This document shows, one piece after another, positions 36,214-46,611 of a stretch of DNA of 64,000 bases (positions within the stretch are counted from its first letter, which is position 1; every line of letters starts with the position of its first letter). A model generated the notes under the pieces. That model did no database searches. It saw only the letters and a list, made by a program, of their open reading frames with translations, and had not been told where the DNA came from. The translations under genes and the position numbers were made by a program. This DNA comes from Bacillota bacterium (GTDB lineage Bacteria > Bacillota > Clostridia > Oscillospirales > CAG-382), in assembly GCA_029550965.1 (NCBI GenBank), contig JAKPGJ010000012.1:215-64214 (forward strand), in the 5' to 3' direction.

Positions 36214-37590
36214 ATGACAACGGAAGAAGCAAAGAATCTGCTTTACAAACGGGAAAGCGTGTATGCGCGCTATCCGGAAGCGGTGGGCGAGATTTTTCAG
36301 TACGCGAACGGATACCGCAAATTTATTGATTCTGCGAAAACAGAGCGGGAAGCGACCGCTTTCGCGGTAAAGTACGCCGCCGAGCGCGGTTTTGTCCCCT
36401 ATGAGAAGGGAAAGAAGTACAAAGCGGGCGATAAAATATATTATGTAAACAGACAGAAGAGCATATACCTCACGGTCATCGGCGAGGAGAGCCTGGACCG
36501 CGGCTGTTCGATTATCGTCGCGCACACCGATTCGCCGAGGCTGGATCTCAAGCAGATTCCGATGTACGAGGACAGCGGCATCAGCTATTTCAAAACCCAT
36601 TACTACGGCGGAATCAAGAAATACCAGTGGGCGGCCATTCCGCTCGCTTTGCACGGCGTTATCTGCACAAAGGACGGCAGGAAAATCGACGTCAGCGTCG
36701 GCGAGGACGAGAACGATCCGGTATTCTATATCAGCGACCTGATGCCGCATATCAGCAAGGACCAAATGGAAAAGAAGCTCTCGGAGGGCATCACCGGCGA
36801 GGGGCTTAACATTATCAACGGCGTCATGGCTTTAAACGAGGACAACAGCGCGAAACTGTATATTTTGACGCTTCTGAACGAGAAGTACGGCATCACCGAG
36901 CGCGACCTGATTACCGCCGAGCTGACCGCGGTGCCGGCGCTGAAGTCAAGAGAGGTCGGATTCGACCGCAGCATGATCGCCGCTTACGGGCATGACGACA
37001 GAGTCTGCGCATACCCCGCGCTGACCGCCATCTGCGCGCTGTCCGGCGTCAAACGCACCGCCATCGCGATGTTCGCGGACAAAGAGGAAATCGGTTCGGA
37101 GGGCGTGACCGGACTGCGCTCTGCGTCCTTCGCGCATTTCCTGACTTCGCTCTGCGAAATGCAGAATGCGGACATGAAAACCTGCTGCGCCAACTCGATT
37201 TGCTTCTCGGCGGACGTCGGCGGAGCGTACGACCCGTGCTTTGCCGACGCGTACGAAAAGAACAACTCGTCCTACCTCGACAGAGGCGTGGTTGTAACCA
37301 AATACACCGGCAGCAGAGGTAAGGGCGGGGCTTCCGACGCGTCCGCGGAGCTGGTCGCAAGGGTCGCGAAGCTGTTGGACGACAACGGTGTCGTATGGCA
37401 GACCGGCGAGTACGGCAAGGTGGACCAGGGCGGCACCGGCACGGTCGCGACCGAAATCGCGATGCTGAACATCGACGTAATCGACGTCGGCGTGCCGCTG
37501 TTATCCATGCATGCGCCGTTCGAGCTTGCTTCGAAGTCCGATATTTATATGATGTACAAAGCCTGCCTTGCTTTATATAATGAAAAATAA
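36214..37590 (+). CDS. M18-family aminopeptidase
   Basis: IVAHTDSPRLDLK, HDDRVCAY, DKEEIGSEG and LSMHAP motifs. Confidence 0.88.
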   Translation: MTTEEAKNLLYKRESVYARYPEAVGEIFQYANGYRKFIDSAKTEREATAFAVKYAAERGFVPYEKGKKYKAGDKIYYVNRQKSIYLTVIGEESLDRGCSIIVAHTDSPRLDLKQIPMYEDSGISYFKTHYYGGIKKYQWAAIPLALHGVICTKDGRKIDVSVGEDENDPVFYISDLMPHISKDQMEKKLSEGITGEGLNIINGVMALNEDNSAKLYILTLLNEKYGITERDLITAELTAVPALKSREVGFDRSMIAAYGHDDRVCAYPALTAICALSGVKRTAIAMFADKEEIGSEGVTGLRSASFAHFLTSLCEMQNADMKTCCANSICFSADVGGAYDPCFADAYEKNNSSYLDRGVVVTKYTGSRGKGGASDASAELVARVAKLLDDNGVVWQTGEYGKVDQGGTGTVATEIAMLNIDVIDVGVPLLSMHAPFELASKSDIYMMYKACLALYNEK

Positions 37591-37664
37591 CTGCGTAGTT
37601 GAATGCAAAAATCCGGAAAACGCGCTTTTCCGGATTTTTTATAAATACATAAAACGGAGGGCAT

Positions 37665-38150
37665 ATGGAGTATAAAAAGCTGGACAAAAAGGTAATCACA
37701 TCCTGGCGAATCGGCAGAATGGTTTTTTTAGTCATTTTAGCCGTACTTATTCTGGGGGTCAACCTGGCGACCCGCAGCGCGGAGGACTGGGAAACGTATA
37801 AACCGATTTTCTTTGCGGTCGAAGGCGCGCTGCTGCTTTATGCGCTGATATCGCTGCTTTTATATCCCGTCATCGAATACAGGCAGTGGGGGTATTACAT
37901 CGACAACGAAAAAGTAGAGATCCGGCACGGGATTTTCTTTATCACCACGTCGGTTATTCCTGTCATTCGCATTCAGCACATCACGATATCCAGCGGACCT
38001 ATCTATCGAAAACTGGGACTGACGAAGCTGGTCATTCATACCGCAAGCGACGAGTTTACGATCGAAGGGCTGACCGAAGAAACAGCCGGCGAGATTTCCG
38101 AAAACCTGAAAAACAAGCTGATTCAAAAATCAGGCAAGGCGGGTAGCTGA
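37665..38150 (+). CDS. Membrane protein with a bacterial PH domain (bPH_2, YdbS-like)
   Basis: Two TM helices followed by VEIRHGIFF...IPVIRIQHITISSGPIYRKLGLTKLVIHTAS. Confidence 0.8.
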   Translation: MEYKKLDKKVITSWRIGRMVFLVILAVLILGVNLATRSAEDWETYKPIFFAVEGALLLYALISLLLYPVIEYRQWGYYIDNEKVEIRHGIFFITTSVIPVIRIQHITISSGPIYRKLGLTKLVIHTASDEFTIEGLTEETAGEISENLKNKLIQKSGKAGS

Positions 38151-38151
38151 T

Positions 38152-39585
38152 ATGTACGGACCGAAACGCAACCATGTCCTGTTTCTTTTTGACGGATTCC
38201 TTGAAAATTTCGGATTCCCAATCCTTGCGCTTATTTTATTGCTGGGAGGGAACTCGAGCGATTCGATGATGACGCTCGTTATCATTATTGCGGTTCTGCC
38301 GATCAAGCGTTTCGTCGAATTTATGACCACGACATTTGAGATCAACGAAACCTACCTGATTATTCGCAGAGGGCTATTTACCAAAAAGAAAACCGAAATC
38401 CCGCTTTCGACCATAACGACGGTTGACTTGTCGCAGGATTTGCTTTTCCAAATGTTTAAAGTTTACAAGATAAAGATAGACAATACCGCGCAGGCAAACG
38501 ACGCGGCGAACCAAGCGGAAGCGAAGCTGGTGCTGAAAAAAGAGGACGCGCTGTACGTTAAGCAGTTGTTGTTAAGCCATCGTCCGGAAGACCTGCAGGA
38601 AGATTCCGAGCCGGCCCCGCAGGAGCGCATCGTCTTCGACGCCGGGGATTTTATGCTGCTCGGGCTTTTGCGGTCGAAAATCGGATATATCTTTTCGGTA
38701 TTGTCTGTTCTGTATGTGGGCGGAAGCCTTATCGACCAAAGCGTCGACGCGGAACGATTCATCGAAGACTTGCTCAACGGCGAGGCGGTCGGAGATATTT
38801 CGTTTACTTCGGCTGTGATCGTTATTTTGGTCCTGTATTTAATCACGCTCGCGTTTGCGCTGCTGACCAACGTCATACGATACCATCGGTTCACGCTCTC
38901 CAAAAAGGGCTATCACCTGAGCATAGAATACGGTCTGCTGCAGAAAAAGAAATACTCGTTTTCTTTGGATAAAATAAACGGAATAAGGCTGAAGCAAAAC
39001 GCGCTCATGCGGATTTTTAAGTATTATACGATGGAGGTTTTCGTGATCGGCTACGGCGACGAAAAAGAAGAAAAGGCACAGGAAACCGCGATGCTGATCC
39101 CCATCGCGAAGCGCGACCGGGTAGAAAACCTGCTTGAAAAACTGCTACCGGATTTCGAGCTGCCCAAATCGTTGTCAAGACCGCAGAAAAGAGCTTTGCC
39201 GTACTTCTTTTTGTCCTTCCGGTTTCTTGCCGCGCTTTTGTTGCTTGCGGGCTCCTTGTTTACGCAGAATATGATTTTTGTGGCAGGCGCCGCGGTTCTT
39301 CTTGCGCTCGCGGCGGTCGGCGAAGTGCTTGAATACAAAACAGAAGGGTTAAGCATCAACAAAAAGAATGTCGCCGTCGCCAACGGCAGATTTACGTATC
39401 GTACGACCATCGTCAAAACCGGCTCGATCGAAAGCGTGCGCTGCACGGCAAGCATGTTGAAGCGCAAAAAAGGCATCTGCCATATCGCGTTCGGGTTTTG
39501 GGGGCCAAAAATGGTGGCGAATCCAAGAATCCGCAACATGAATATTTCCGATTACGAAGCGCTGACGAAAGCAATTGAATTTTGA
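38152..39585 (+). CDS. Membrane protein with three bPH_2 domains (YdbT-like)
   Basis: Repeated pattern of a TM pair plus a PH-like segment (LIIRRGLFTKKKTEIPL..I, IEYGLLQKKKYSFSLDKINGIRL, VANGRFTYRTTIVKTGSIESV). It starts 1 nt after the YdbS-like gene. Confidence 0.8.
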   Translation: MYGPKRNHVLFLFDGFLENFGFPILALILLLGGNSSDSMMTLVIIIAVLPIKRFVEFMTTTFEINETYLIIRRGLFTKKKTEIPLSTITTVDLSQDLLFQMFKVYKIKIDNTAQANDAANQAEAKLVLKKEDALYVKQLLLSHRPEDLQEDSEPAPQERIVFDAGDFMLLGLLRSKIGYIFSVLSVLYVGGSLIDQSVDAERFIEDLLNGEAVGDISFTSAVIVILVLYLITLAFALLTNVIRYHRFTLSKKGYHLSIEYGLLQKKKYSFSLDKINGIRLKQNALMRIFKYYTMEVFVIGYGDEKEEKAQETAMLIPIAKRDRVENLLEKLLPDFELPKSLSRPQKRALPYFFLSFRFLAALLLLAGSLFTQNMIFVAGAAVLLALAAVGEVLEYKTEGLSINKKNVAVANGRFTYRTTIVKTGSIESVRCTASMLKRKKGICHIAFGFWGPKMVANPRIRNMNISDYEALTKAIEF

Positions 39586-39592
39586 AGAAAAA

Positions 39593-39621
39593 AAGCGTGC
39601 TGAATTCTACTTCAGCACGCT
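39593..39621. terminator. Bidirectional terminator between convergent genes
   Basis: AGCGTGCTGAA-N7-TTCAGCACGCT, flanked by an A-run upstream and a T-rich tract downstream. Confidence 0.75.
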
Positions 39622-39634
39622 TATGTTTTACTTG

Positions 39635-41941
39635 TTATTTATTGGGGAGCGGATAAAGCGCGTTAAACTGCCGCTGAATCTTTTCCTTGTAAACAAACTC
39701 AAAGCCGGAGCTGTACGCGGGGACCAGATCATCCTTGTTGTCTTCGGACGCTTCGTAATAGCCGATTTTCGCGAATATTTCTTCTTTTGAGTATTGAAGT
39801 GCTTCGCTGTTTTCCTCGGCAAACTTGTCGAGCGCTTCTTCGATTGCCTTATTGTAATCTTCAATCATCGCTTTTGCGGCTTTTCGAATGGCGTCGGCGA
39901 TGATCTCGGTGATCACTTCGTCAACCATCAAATCGCCGTTTTTGCTGTACAAAGCGTTCAACTCCTGATTGAACTTCGGAGAATTGACCGCTCTGTCCAA
40001 AGCAATCTGGAACGCGTCGCTGGAAAGATAATCGGAAACTTTGTCGTTGACCAGGTAGGCGATCTCCGACTCGTAAAGATCGTCGATATCCTTCTGAACC
40101 TTCTCGACGGTGGTATCGTCATAGAGATGCTCGTCTATCAGCGCTTCGGTAAGCTCTGCTTCGACCATTTCCAGCAGCTCTTCGTTGGTAGCGTCCGGAT
40201 ATTCGATCCTGTACTTCGTAGTCAGTTCGCTCTGCAGTTTGCTTCTGACAGAGGACCTGAGCTCGTTCATAACCGTTTCTTCAGCCTGCCGTCTGATTTC
40301 TTTGGCTTGAGCGCTGGAGGTTATCTGCTTGCGGACGTTGTTGGTGTACTCCGCAACGAGATTGGTTTGGTAGGTGCGTTTCAGCTGGTCGCGGAGCTCT
40401 TCCATAACCGACTGAACGCTTTCCGCCATAACCGCTTCCATGTCCAGTTCCACGATGGAACCGTCCATGAACTTGGGATAATACTTCGCGGTCACTTCTC
40501 TCAGGATGGTTTTGTAATTCGGCTCGGCAACGGTCGTTTTGCCGTCTTTGCCTTCAACGGTCTTGGGGACGAATTCGAATCCGATCGCTCTGGATGCGGT
40601 GGAAAGTTTGTTCTGCTCCTTGATTTTGAGCCACTTGTTCGGATCTTCGCCCTGACGCGTATAGGTGATCAGCTTGTTGCCCGCGTAATCGGGATTAATT
40701 CTATAATCGTCGTTGAGCATGACGACCTGTCCGTTGTCGTCAAGTCTGTAATTTACGTTTTCAACGCCGTAAGTAAGCAGATTCTGAATAGCCGGGTCGG
40801 TATAGATTTCTGCCAGCGCTTTCGCGATGTTCGTCAAATCGTTCGAAGCGACCGACTTGTGTATGCAGTATATGCTTTTAATCGCCGATTCGTTTGTTAC
40901 GACGGGATTTGCGTAAACGTTGTATACCAGATTCTGTCCGGACTCTTTTTCCAGCTCCTCAATGGTGCTTTCGTCGCCGGTTACGAAGGTCACTGCAAAG
41001 CGTCCTTCGCTGCTTCCCTGCGCGTTCGTAAAGTAGCCGTTCGCTCTGAAGCGCGCCAGCTTTGCGTAGTAGGAAGGAATCTCATTCAGTTCGTAGGTGG
41101 ACAATACGTTGTTGTCTTTGTCGACATAGAAGGGGAAGCCGTCCTCGAACATGAACGAGTAATCTCTCGTGTCAACGGTGTTTTTCAGCGGAACGACGTC
41201 CGGCTCGTTTTCCTGAATGACCTGAAGGTATTCGTTCAGATCGTCGACGGTAATCATTGTTTTTGCTTCGAAATTGTACTTCTCGAGCAGTTCTTTATCG
41301 AAAACGATGTATTTGTAATCGCCGATCGCGCCGTTTGTGGGAACGCCGTAAATCTTCTTATTGATGGTGGCGGCGGTCAGCAAGGAACTGTGTAGATAGT
41401 CTTTGATAACTTTTGCTTCGGCGGAGAGCTTCTCGTTAAACGCGGCGAGTTTTCCCTGCGTGGCCAGCTCGAAGTATTTATCATAGCCTCTGACAAGGAA
41501 TATGTCGAACCGGTTGGTGCGGGGATGAACGTCCTGTCCGTTCTCCAGCATATCAAGAACATCTTCGCCGGTCAGCGTGCCGCTGACGGTCAATACGTAA
41601 TCGGGATTTGCCTCGGATGAAGTAGCAGATGAGGAGCTTCCTTTGGACTTCTTTGCTGCTTCGATCGCATCCATCTCGGCCAGTTTGCTGGCAATCAGCT
41701 CGTCATATTCGTCTTCGCTGACAGCTACGATGTCAATGCATACTTTTTGTCTGTAGAACAATATACGGTTCAAAGCCAGCTCTACCGCTCTGAGCGCTTC
41801 AGGCGTAGTGTCGGCGATTGTGTATAATGTGTAAATGGGTACTTCTTCTGGTACGATAACTGCTTCGTGCGAACAGGAAGACAGTATCGGCAACAGCAGC
41901 AAAGCAGATAGAAGTAAACCTATCAGGCGTTTCTTCATCAC
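39635..41941 (-). CDS. Large (768-aa) lipoprotein. The N-terminal two-thirds look loosely like a solute-binding protein. The C-terminal ~250 aa are helical and charged.
   Basis: Lipobox LPILSSC. There are no adjacent ABC permease genes, and the functional call is weak. Confidence 0.5.
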   Translation of the reverse strand: MMKKRLIGLLLSALLLLPILSSCSHEAVIVPEEVPIYTLYTIADTTPEALRAVELALNRILFYRQKVCIDIVAVSEDEYDELIASKLAEMDAIEAAKKSKGSSSSATSSEANPDYVLTVSGTLTGEDVLDMLENGQDVHPRTNRFDIFLVRGYDKYFELATQGKLAAFNEKLSAEAKVIKDYLHSSLLTAATINKKIYGVPTNGAIGDYKYIVFDKELLEKYNFEAKTMITVDDLNEYLQVIQENEPDVVPLKNTVDTRDYSFMFEDGFPFYVDKDNNVLSTYELNEIPSYYAKLARFRANGYFTNAQGSSEGRFAVTFVTGDESTIEELEKESGQNLVYNVYANPVVTNESAIKSIYCIHKSVASNDLTNIAKALAEIYTDPAIQNLLTYGVENVNYRLDDNGQVVMLNDDYRINPDYAGNKLITYTRQGEDPNKWLKIKEQNKLSTASRAIGFEFVPKTVEGKDGKTTVAEPNYKTILREVTAKYYPKFMDGSIVELDMEAVMAESVQSVMEELRDQLKRTYQTNLVAEYTNNVRKQITSSAQAKEIRRQAEETVMNELRSSVRSKLQSELTTKYRIEYPDATNEELLEMVEAELTEALIDEHLYDDTTVEKVQKDIDDLYESEIAYLVNDKVSDYLSSDAFQIALDRAVNSPKFNQELNALYSKNGDLMVDEVITEIIADAIRKAAKAMIEDYNKAIEEALDKFAEENSEALQYSKEEIFAKIGYYEASEDNKDDLVPAYSSGFEFVYKEKIQRQFNALYPLPNK

Positions 41942-42181
41942 GGGATCCTCCTAAAAAGTGTATATGGAACATAACACGGTAATTGTACAATAGTTTTATT
42001 TCTATGTCAAGGTGATTTTGTTACAAATAAAGCGGCGCTTTTATATCGAAAACATCCAAAATATTTTGCCCTGCGAACAATTGTTAAACAATATTTCTTA
42101 TTGGTTTAACAATTTTGGAAAGCATTGTCCGAAATTGCCATTTTTCGACAGATTTATTCCGGCAACTTTATAAACTCGTTC

Positions 42182-42210
42182 TTGAAAAATATTTACAAAT
42201 ATTATATAAT
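42182..42210 (+). promoter_or_regulatory. sigma-A promoter for the GNAT gene at 42302
   Basis: TTGAAA (42182-42187), 17-nt spacer, TATAAT (42205-42210). Confidence 0.6.
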
Positions 42211-42301
42211 AAATTAAAAGAATCGGCGGATATTTTATTAGTTTGAATCATAGAAACGATTTGTTAAAATTTGTTAATGCTTTGCAGGCACGGAGAGATT
42301 C

Positions 42302-42892
42302 ATGGACAATTATAAATACAGAAAAATATTCTCGGACCTTCCGACAATCGAAACCGAGCGGCTGATCCTGAAAAAAATCGAAATGGCGAACGCGAACGAC
42401 ATGTTTGCGTACGCTTCGCTGGACCAGGTGACCCGCTATCTGCTTTGGATGCCTCATTTGAATATTGAGGAGACCAAAGGATACATCGAATACGTGCAGA
42501 AGCAGTACCGCAAGGGCAATTATGCCGACTGGGGGCTTAACTGCAAAGCGGACGGCGTGTTTATCGGCACCTGCGGGTTTGCCAACATGGATTTTGCCAA
42601 CAACAAGGGCGAACTGGGGTATGTGCTGTCGCCGTCCTATCAGGGAAAAGGCTATATGCGCGAGGCGGTGCTCGCCATTTTGAAGCTGTCCTTTCTTGAA
42701 CTCGAACTGAACCGCGTAGAGCTTCGGATTATGGACGGCAACCAGGTCTCCATCAAGTTTGCAAAGTCCGTCGGATTTAAGTACGAGGGCACCTCGCGGA
42801 AATCTTTATACCTGCGCGGCGAGTACAAAACACTGCACCATTACGCAATGCTGAACGAAGAGTATCGCGAAATGTATTTAACCAACGGTTAG
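42302..42892 (+). CDS. GNAT-family N-acetyltransferase (RimJ/RimL-like)
   Basis: TERLILKK...GELGYVLSPSYQGKGYMREAV...LNRVELRI is typical of the Acetyltransf_3 group. Confidence 0.85.
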   Translation: MDNYKYRKIFSDLPTIETERLILKKIEMANANDMFAYASLDQVTRYLLWMPHLNIEETKGYIEYVQKQYRKGNYADWGLNCKADGVFIGTCGFANMDFANNKGELGYVLSPSYQGKGYMREAVLAILKLSFLELELNRVELRIMDGNQVSIKFAKSVGFKYEGTSRKSLYLRGEYKTLHHYAMLNEEYREMYLTNG

Positions 42893-42972
42893 AAAAACAG
42901 TTTTGCAGGGAAAAGGCGAAAAACGAAAAACAGCCGCTATTTGCGGCTGCCGGATTTTCGGAAATTCAATGT

Positions 42973-43161
42973 TTAAACGGCTCTGGTAACCTTGCCGCTC
43001 TTCAGGCAGCGTGTGCATATGTTTACGGAACGATTTGCGCCGCCAATAACTGCTTTTACCTTTCTTATATTAGGCTTCCAGCGTCTGCTCGTCTTTCTGT
43101 TGGAATGCGATACATTGTTTCCGAATGAAACGCTCTTTCCGCAGAATTCACATTTAGCCAT
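42973..43161 (-). CDS. rpmB: 50S ribosomal protein L28
   Basis: MAKCEFCGK...[15 protein letters not shown]...CTRCLK. Confidence 0.95.
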   Translation of the reverse strand: MAKCEFCGKSVSFGNNVSHSNRKTSRRWKPNIRKVKAVIGGANRSVNICTRCLKSGKVTRAV

Positions 43162-43271
43162 CTATTGCACCTCCAGATTCAACTGCTTTTTATATGCGAA
43201 CAATTAATCATAGAACATTTTTGGGTTTTTGTCAATACATATTTTTGATATTTACAACATTTTCATTGTTT

Positions 43272-44645
43272 TTACTGCGGTCTGACCACCTCTTCGGCAA
43301 GTTCGGTAATGTTTCCGGCGCCCATGAAAATAAGCAGGTCGCCCGCGCGGATTTCCTTTTTCAGGTATTCCTTAATTTTCTCAAAACTGTCGAAATACTT
43401 GCTGCCGCCGACTCTTTCGGAAAGGTTAGCCGAGGAGATTCCGTATATGTTGTTCTCCCGCGCGGAATAAACGTCTGCAAAAACAGCCAGATCGCTGTCA
43501 TGGAAGGAGGACGCGAAATCTTCAAATAAATCGTTTAAGCGGGAATAGGTATGCGGCTGGAAAACGCATACAACTCTGTCGTACTCCATGTTTTTCGCGG
43601 TCGCAAGCGTCGCCCGGATTTCGTCGGGATGATGCGCGTAATCGTCATATACGTCCGCGCCGTTGAAGGTTCCCTTGTATTCAAAGCGCCTGCGCACGCC
43701 TTTGAAGTCTAACAACCCTCCGGCGATGGTTTCTTTATCGACGCCGCACAGGTCGCAGCAGGCGATCGCCGCCAGCGCGTTGGCGACGTTGTGCGCGCCC
43801 GGAACGGACAGCCGGGCAGACATATAATATTCGCCTCTTTTATATACGTCAAAAGAAGCGAAACCTTTCTTTAAAACAATGTTCTTCGCATAGAAATCCG
43901 CCGTCTCGTCGCCGGTGGCGCTGTAAGTGATCACCGTGCCGGGATATTCGACCGCCGCTCTGGTACAGCCTTCGCATTCCTTGTTGACAATGGCGTAGCC
44001 GTCTTTTCCGGTGTTGTTGATAAACTTGTTGAAGGACTGGATGTACCGCTCATAATTGGGGAAATAATCGGTATGGTCCATCTTTATGTTTAAAACCACG
44101 GCGATATGCGGGAAGAAGTTTAAGAAGGAATCGGTGTATTCGTCCGCTTCGAAGATAAAGTTCTCGTCGCTTCCCAAACGGAAGGTGGAGTTCAGGTTCG
44201 GAAGCACGGCGCCGACAATCACGGTCGGATCGTACTTTTGCCCGTGCATAAAAATATACGAAAGCATTCCGCTTGTGGTTGATTTCCCGTGCGTTCCCGC
44301 GACGCCGATGGAGTTGGCGTATTCCCGCGCGAGCGCGCCCAGCAGCTCGGCTCGTTTGTAAAGCGGGATGCCCTTCCGCTGAATCTGGATGATTTCGGGG
44401 TTGTCGCTCTTCAGCGCCGCGGAATAAATCGCGCAGCGGACGCCGTCAAGGTTCGACTCTTTGGTTTCGTAAAAAATACGGATGCCCTTTTTCTCCATTT
44501 CACGCGTCAGCGCGGTCGCCGTCCGGTCATAGCCGCAGACATCGTAGCCTTTATTGTATAGTATCATGGCAAGGGCGGACATGCTGATTCCGCCGATACC
44601 GGCAAAATATATTTTTCCGTTTACGGGTAAATCGTCAAGCGTCAA
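43272..44645 (-). CDS. murC: UDP-N-acetylmuramate--L-alanine ligase
   Basis: GIGGISMSALA and GTHGKSTT motifs. The likely start is TTG 44645, 8 nt after AGGAGG. An in-frame ATG at 44669 is the alternative, and the longest ORF reaches 44696. Confidence 0.93.
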   Translation of the reverse strand: MTLDDLPVNGKIYFAGIGGISMSALAMILYNKGYDVCGYDRTATALTREMEKKGIRIFYETKESNLDGVRCAIYSAALKSDNPEIIQIQRKGIPLYKRAELLGALAREYANSIGVAGTHGKSTTSGMLSYIFMHGQKYDPTVIVGAVLPNLNSTFRLGSDENFIFEADEYTDSFLNFFPHIAVVLNIKMDHTDYFPNYERYIQSFNKFINNTGKDGYAIVNKECEGCTRAAVEYPGTVITYSATGDETADFYAKNIVLKKGFASFDVYKRGEYYMSARLSVPGAHNVANALAAIACCDLCGVDKETIAGGLLDFKGVRRRFEYKGTFNGADVYDDYAHHPDEIRATLATAKNMEYDRVVCVFQPHTYSRLNDLFEDFASSFHDSDLAVFADVYSARENNIYGISSANLSERVGGSKYFDSFEKIKEYLKKEIRAGDLLIFMGAGNITELAEEVVRPQ

Positions 44646-44785
44646 AATGATATTCCTCCTATTTAGCATTATTATCAGTATATCACATAATTGCAAAAAA
44701 TAAAGCTAATTTTCTGCATAAAAATATTTTATTTTTAAATAATAAGTTCGGACATTAATTTAAAGCGACAAGGAGGCATTCAAAA

Positions 44786-45037
44786 ATGCGCGTAACGGAC
44801 ATTAAAATGAGAAAAAGTTTTACGGAAGGAAACCTTCTTGCGGTATTCTCAATCGTTCTGGATGAAGAGCTTGCTTTGCACGATATTAAACTGATAAAGG
44901 GTAAGGAAAAGTATATCGTCGCGATGCCGAGCAGGGTCGGCGCGGACGGCACGCATCGGGACATCGTGCATCCGATTAAACCCGAACTGCGCAAAGAGAT
45001 TGAGACAAATATTATCAACTTTTACGAAAAATTATAG
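44786..45037 (+). CDS. spoVG: Septation/regulatory protein SpoVG
   Basis: MRVTDIKMRK...LLAVFSIVLDEELALHDIKLIKGKEKYIVAMPSR. Confidence 0.93.
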   Translation: MRVTDIKMRKSFTEGNLLAVFSIVLDEELALHDIKLIKGKEKYIVAMPSRVGADGTHRDIVHPIKPELRKEIETNIINFYEKL

Positions 45038-45142
45038 ATTATTTGTAAATATCGCCATTTTTAATGTGAAAAAATGTGAAAGTTGCATATTGTTTTTTCT
45101 TGAGCGCTCCTGTATAATTTTTCTCAATATACATTTACGGGA

Positions 45143-45757
45143 GTGATGAAAATGGAAACAACTAAAAATCAATCTTTTAGGGTGTGGATCGGATGTACGC
45201 TGTTAGCTGCACTGACGGTTGTTCTCCAATTCATTGCCGGTACGATAAAGATTGGCGAGTTCAATTTAACATTCAGCTTAATACCGATTGTAATAGCCGC
45301 AATGTTTTACGGCGTAAAAGGCGGCGTTATTGTCGGCACGACTTTTGGACTTACGATTTTGGTGCAGTGTATCATCGGTTTTGACCCTGGCGGATATTAT
45401 TTATTTAATCTAAATCCGGTATTTACGACAATAGCTTGTGTTGTCAGAACCTTTCTTGTAGGCTTGCTGCTTGGATTGATATATTTGGCAATTCGTAAGG
45501 CAATAAAGAATACATTCGTTCAGTCACTGATTCTTAGCGTCGCAGCGCCTGTTTTGAATACCGGTATTTTCCTGATTTTATATGCTTTAATGTTTAACGA
45601 TCTGCTGATGGCGGCAGCCGCAGAAAACAATACCGATGTTTGGAGCTTTATTATATTCGCTTTTGTCGGTATGAATTTTCTGATTGAGATACTTACAACC
45701 GCCATTCTTTGCCCGCCGATCGTAAAAGCGCTGGAAGCTATAAGAAAACGTATATAA
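45143..45757 (+). CDS. ECF-transporter substrate-specific (S) component, substrate unknown
   Basis: About 200-aa 6-TM protein with the S-component-like pattern LTFSLIPIVIAAMFYGVKGGVIVG. The start may be ATG 45146 or 45152. Confidence 0.65.
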   Translation: MMKMETTKNQSFRVWIGCTLLAALTVVLQFIAGTIKIGEFNLTFSLIPIVIAAMFYGVKGGVIVGTTFGLTILVQCIIGFDPGGYYLFNLNPVFTTIACVVRTFLVGLLLGLIYLAIRKAIKNTFVQSLILSVAAPVLNTGIFLILYALMFNDLLMAAAAENNTDVWSFIIFAFVGMNFLIEILTTAILCPPIVKALEAIRKRI

Positions 45758-45864
45758 TATTTTGTACCGAATATACAGACGGCATGAAAAATCACTTGAT
45801 TTTTCATGCCGTTTTTTGTATTATTTTAAATAAGACGTCTAATATAAAAGGAGTTGCATGTTGG

Positions 45865-46511
45865 ATGAAAAAAGCGATGTCGCTTTTTCTTTGTGTGCTC
45901 TTCATCGCTTCGCTGTCGGGCTGTACCAAAAAAGTAATGTATCCCGAATACACAAAACTGCCCTTTTATCTGCATGCGCTTTCTGAAGCAACGGTTGCGG
46001 ATACGAAACAGTCGGTTTCATCGGAAAGCAAATATTTTCAGCTGGATCTTGATGAAACAATGCACAATCCGGCGAATATGACGCGGTTTTCCTGTGCGGA
46101 TTCTATGCCGATATGGACGCTGGTTTTCAGAAGATACTGAGCATATTGCCGGAATCTACAAAGATGGTTATTTTCCCGGCGCATAACGAAAATGAAAACG
46201 CTCCGTATAACAGTCTATCGCTTCACCCCGAGGTCGGACTTGCGGACTGGAAAGGTTTTCTGGATCAGTTAATCATCGACGGCGTGGAAAAATATATGCT
46301 TTGTTACAACGATGAGTACGGTCATTCCAAACAGCTTGCGGGGTTTGCCGGCGCCTGCCTGATATACAGCTATTTGTATCAAAAACCGGCGACATTCCAT
46401 CAAAGATTGGGTTATATACTGTATCCGAGTGAAACGCAAGATAATATAGAGAATAATCTGAAAGAATTTGAATTCATCAGCGAATCGGCGTATAATTTTT
46501 CATACAATTAA
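45865..46511 (+). pseudogene. Deletion/frameshift-derived remnant of a lipoprotein paralogous to the gene at 46612-47976
   Basis: The lipoprotein signal MKKAMSLFLCVLFIASLSGC is in one frame and stops at 46140. From about 46056 a second frame reads SGEYDAVFLCGFYADM...VIFPAHNE...ADWKGF...LAGFAGACLIYSYLY, collinear with the C-terminal third of the downstream paralogue. Confidence 0.7.
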
Positions 46512-46611
46512 ATCATAAACCGCCTGAAAGGGCGGTTTATTTTTTAAAAAATATATATAAATATCTTGATTATTATAATAAAATTTGGTAGAATATTGAC
46601 AACAGGAAGAG

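Noticed and set aside
45038-45142. Possible riboswitch (preQ1, THF, TPP, FMN) upstream of the ECF S-component gene
   Set aside because: The ~100-nt AT-rich spacer shows no conserved riboswitch core sequence that I can recognise, and no convincing terminator or anti-terminator.
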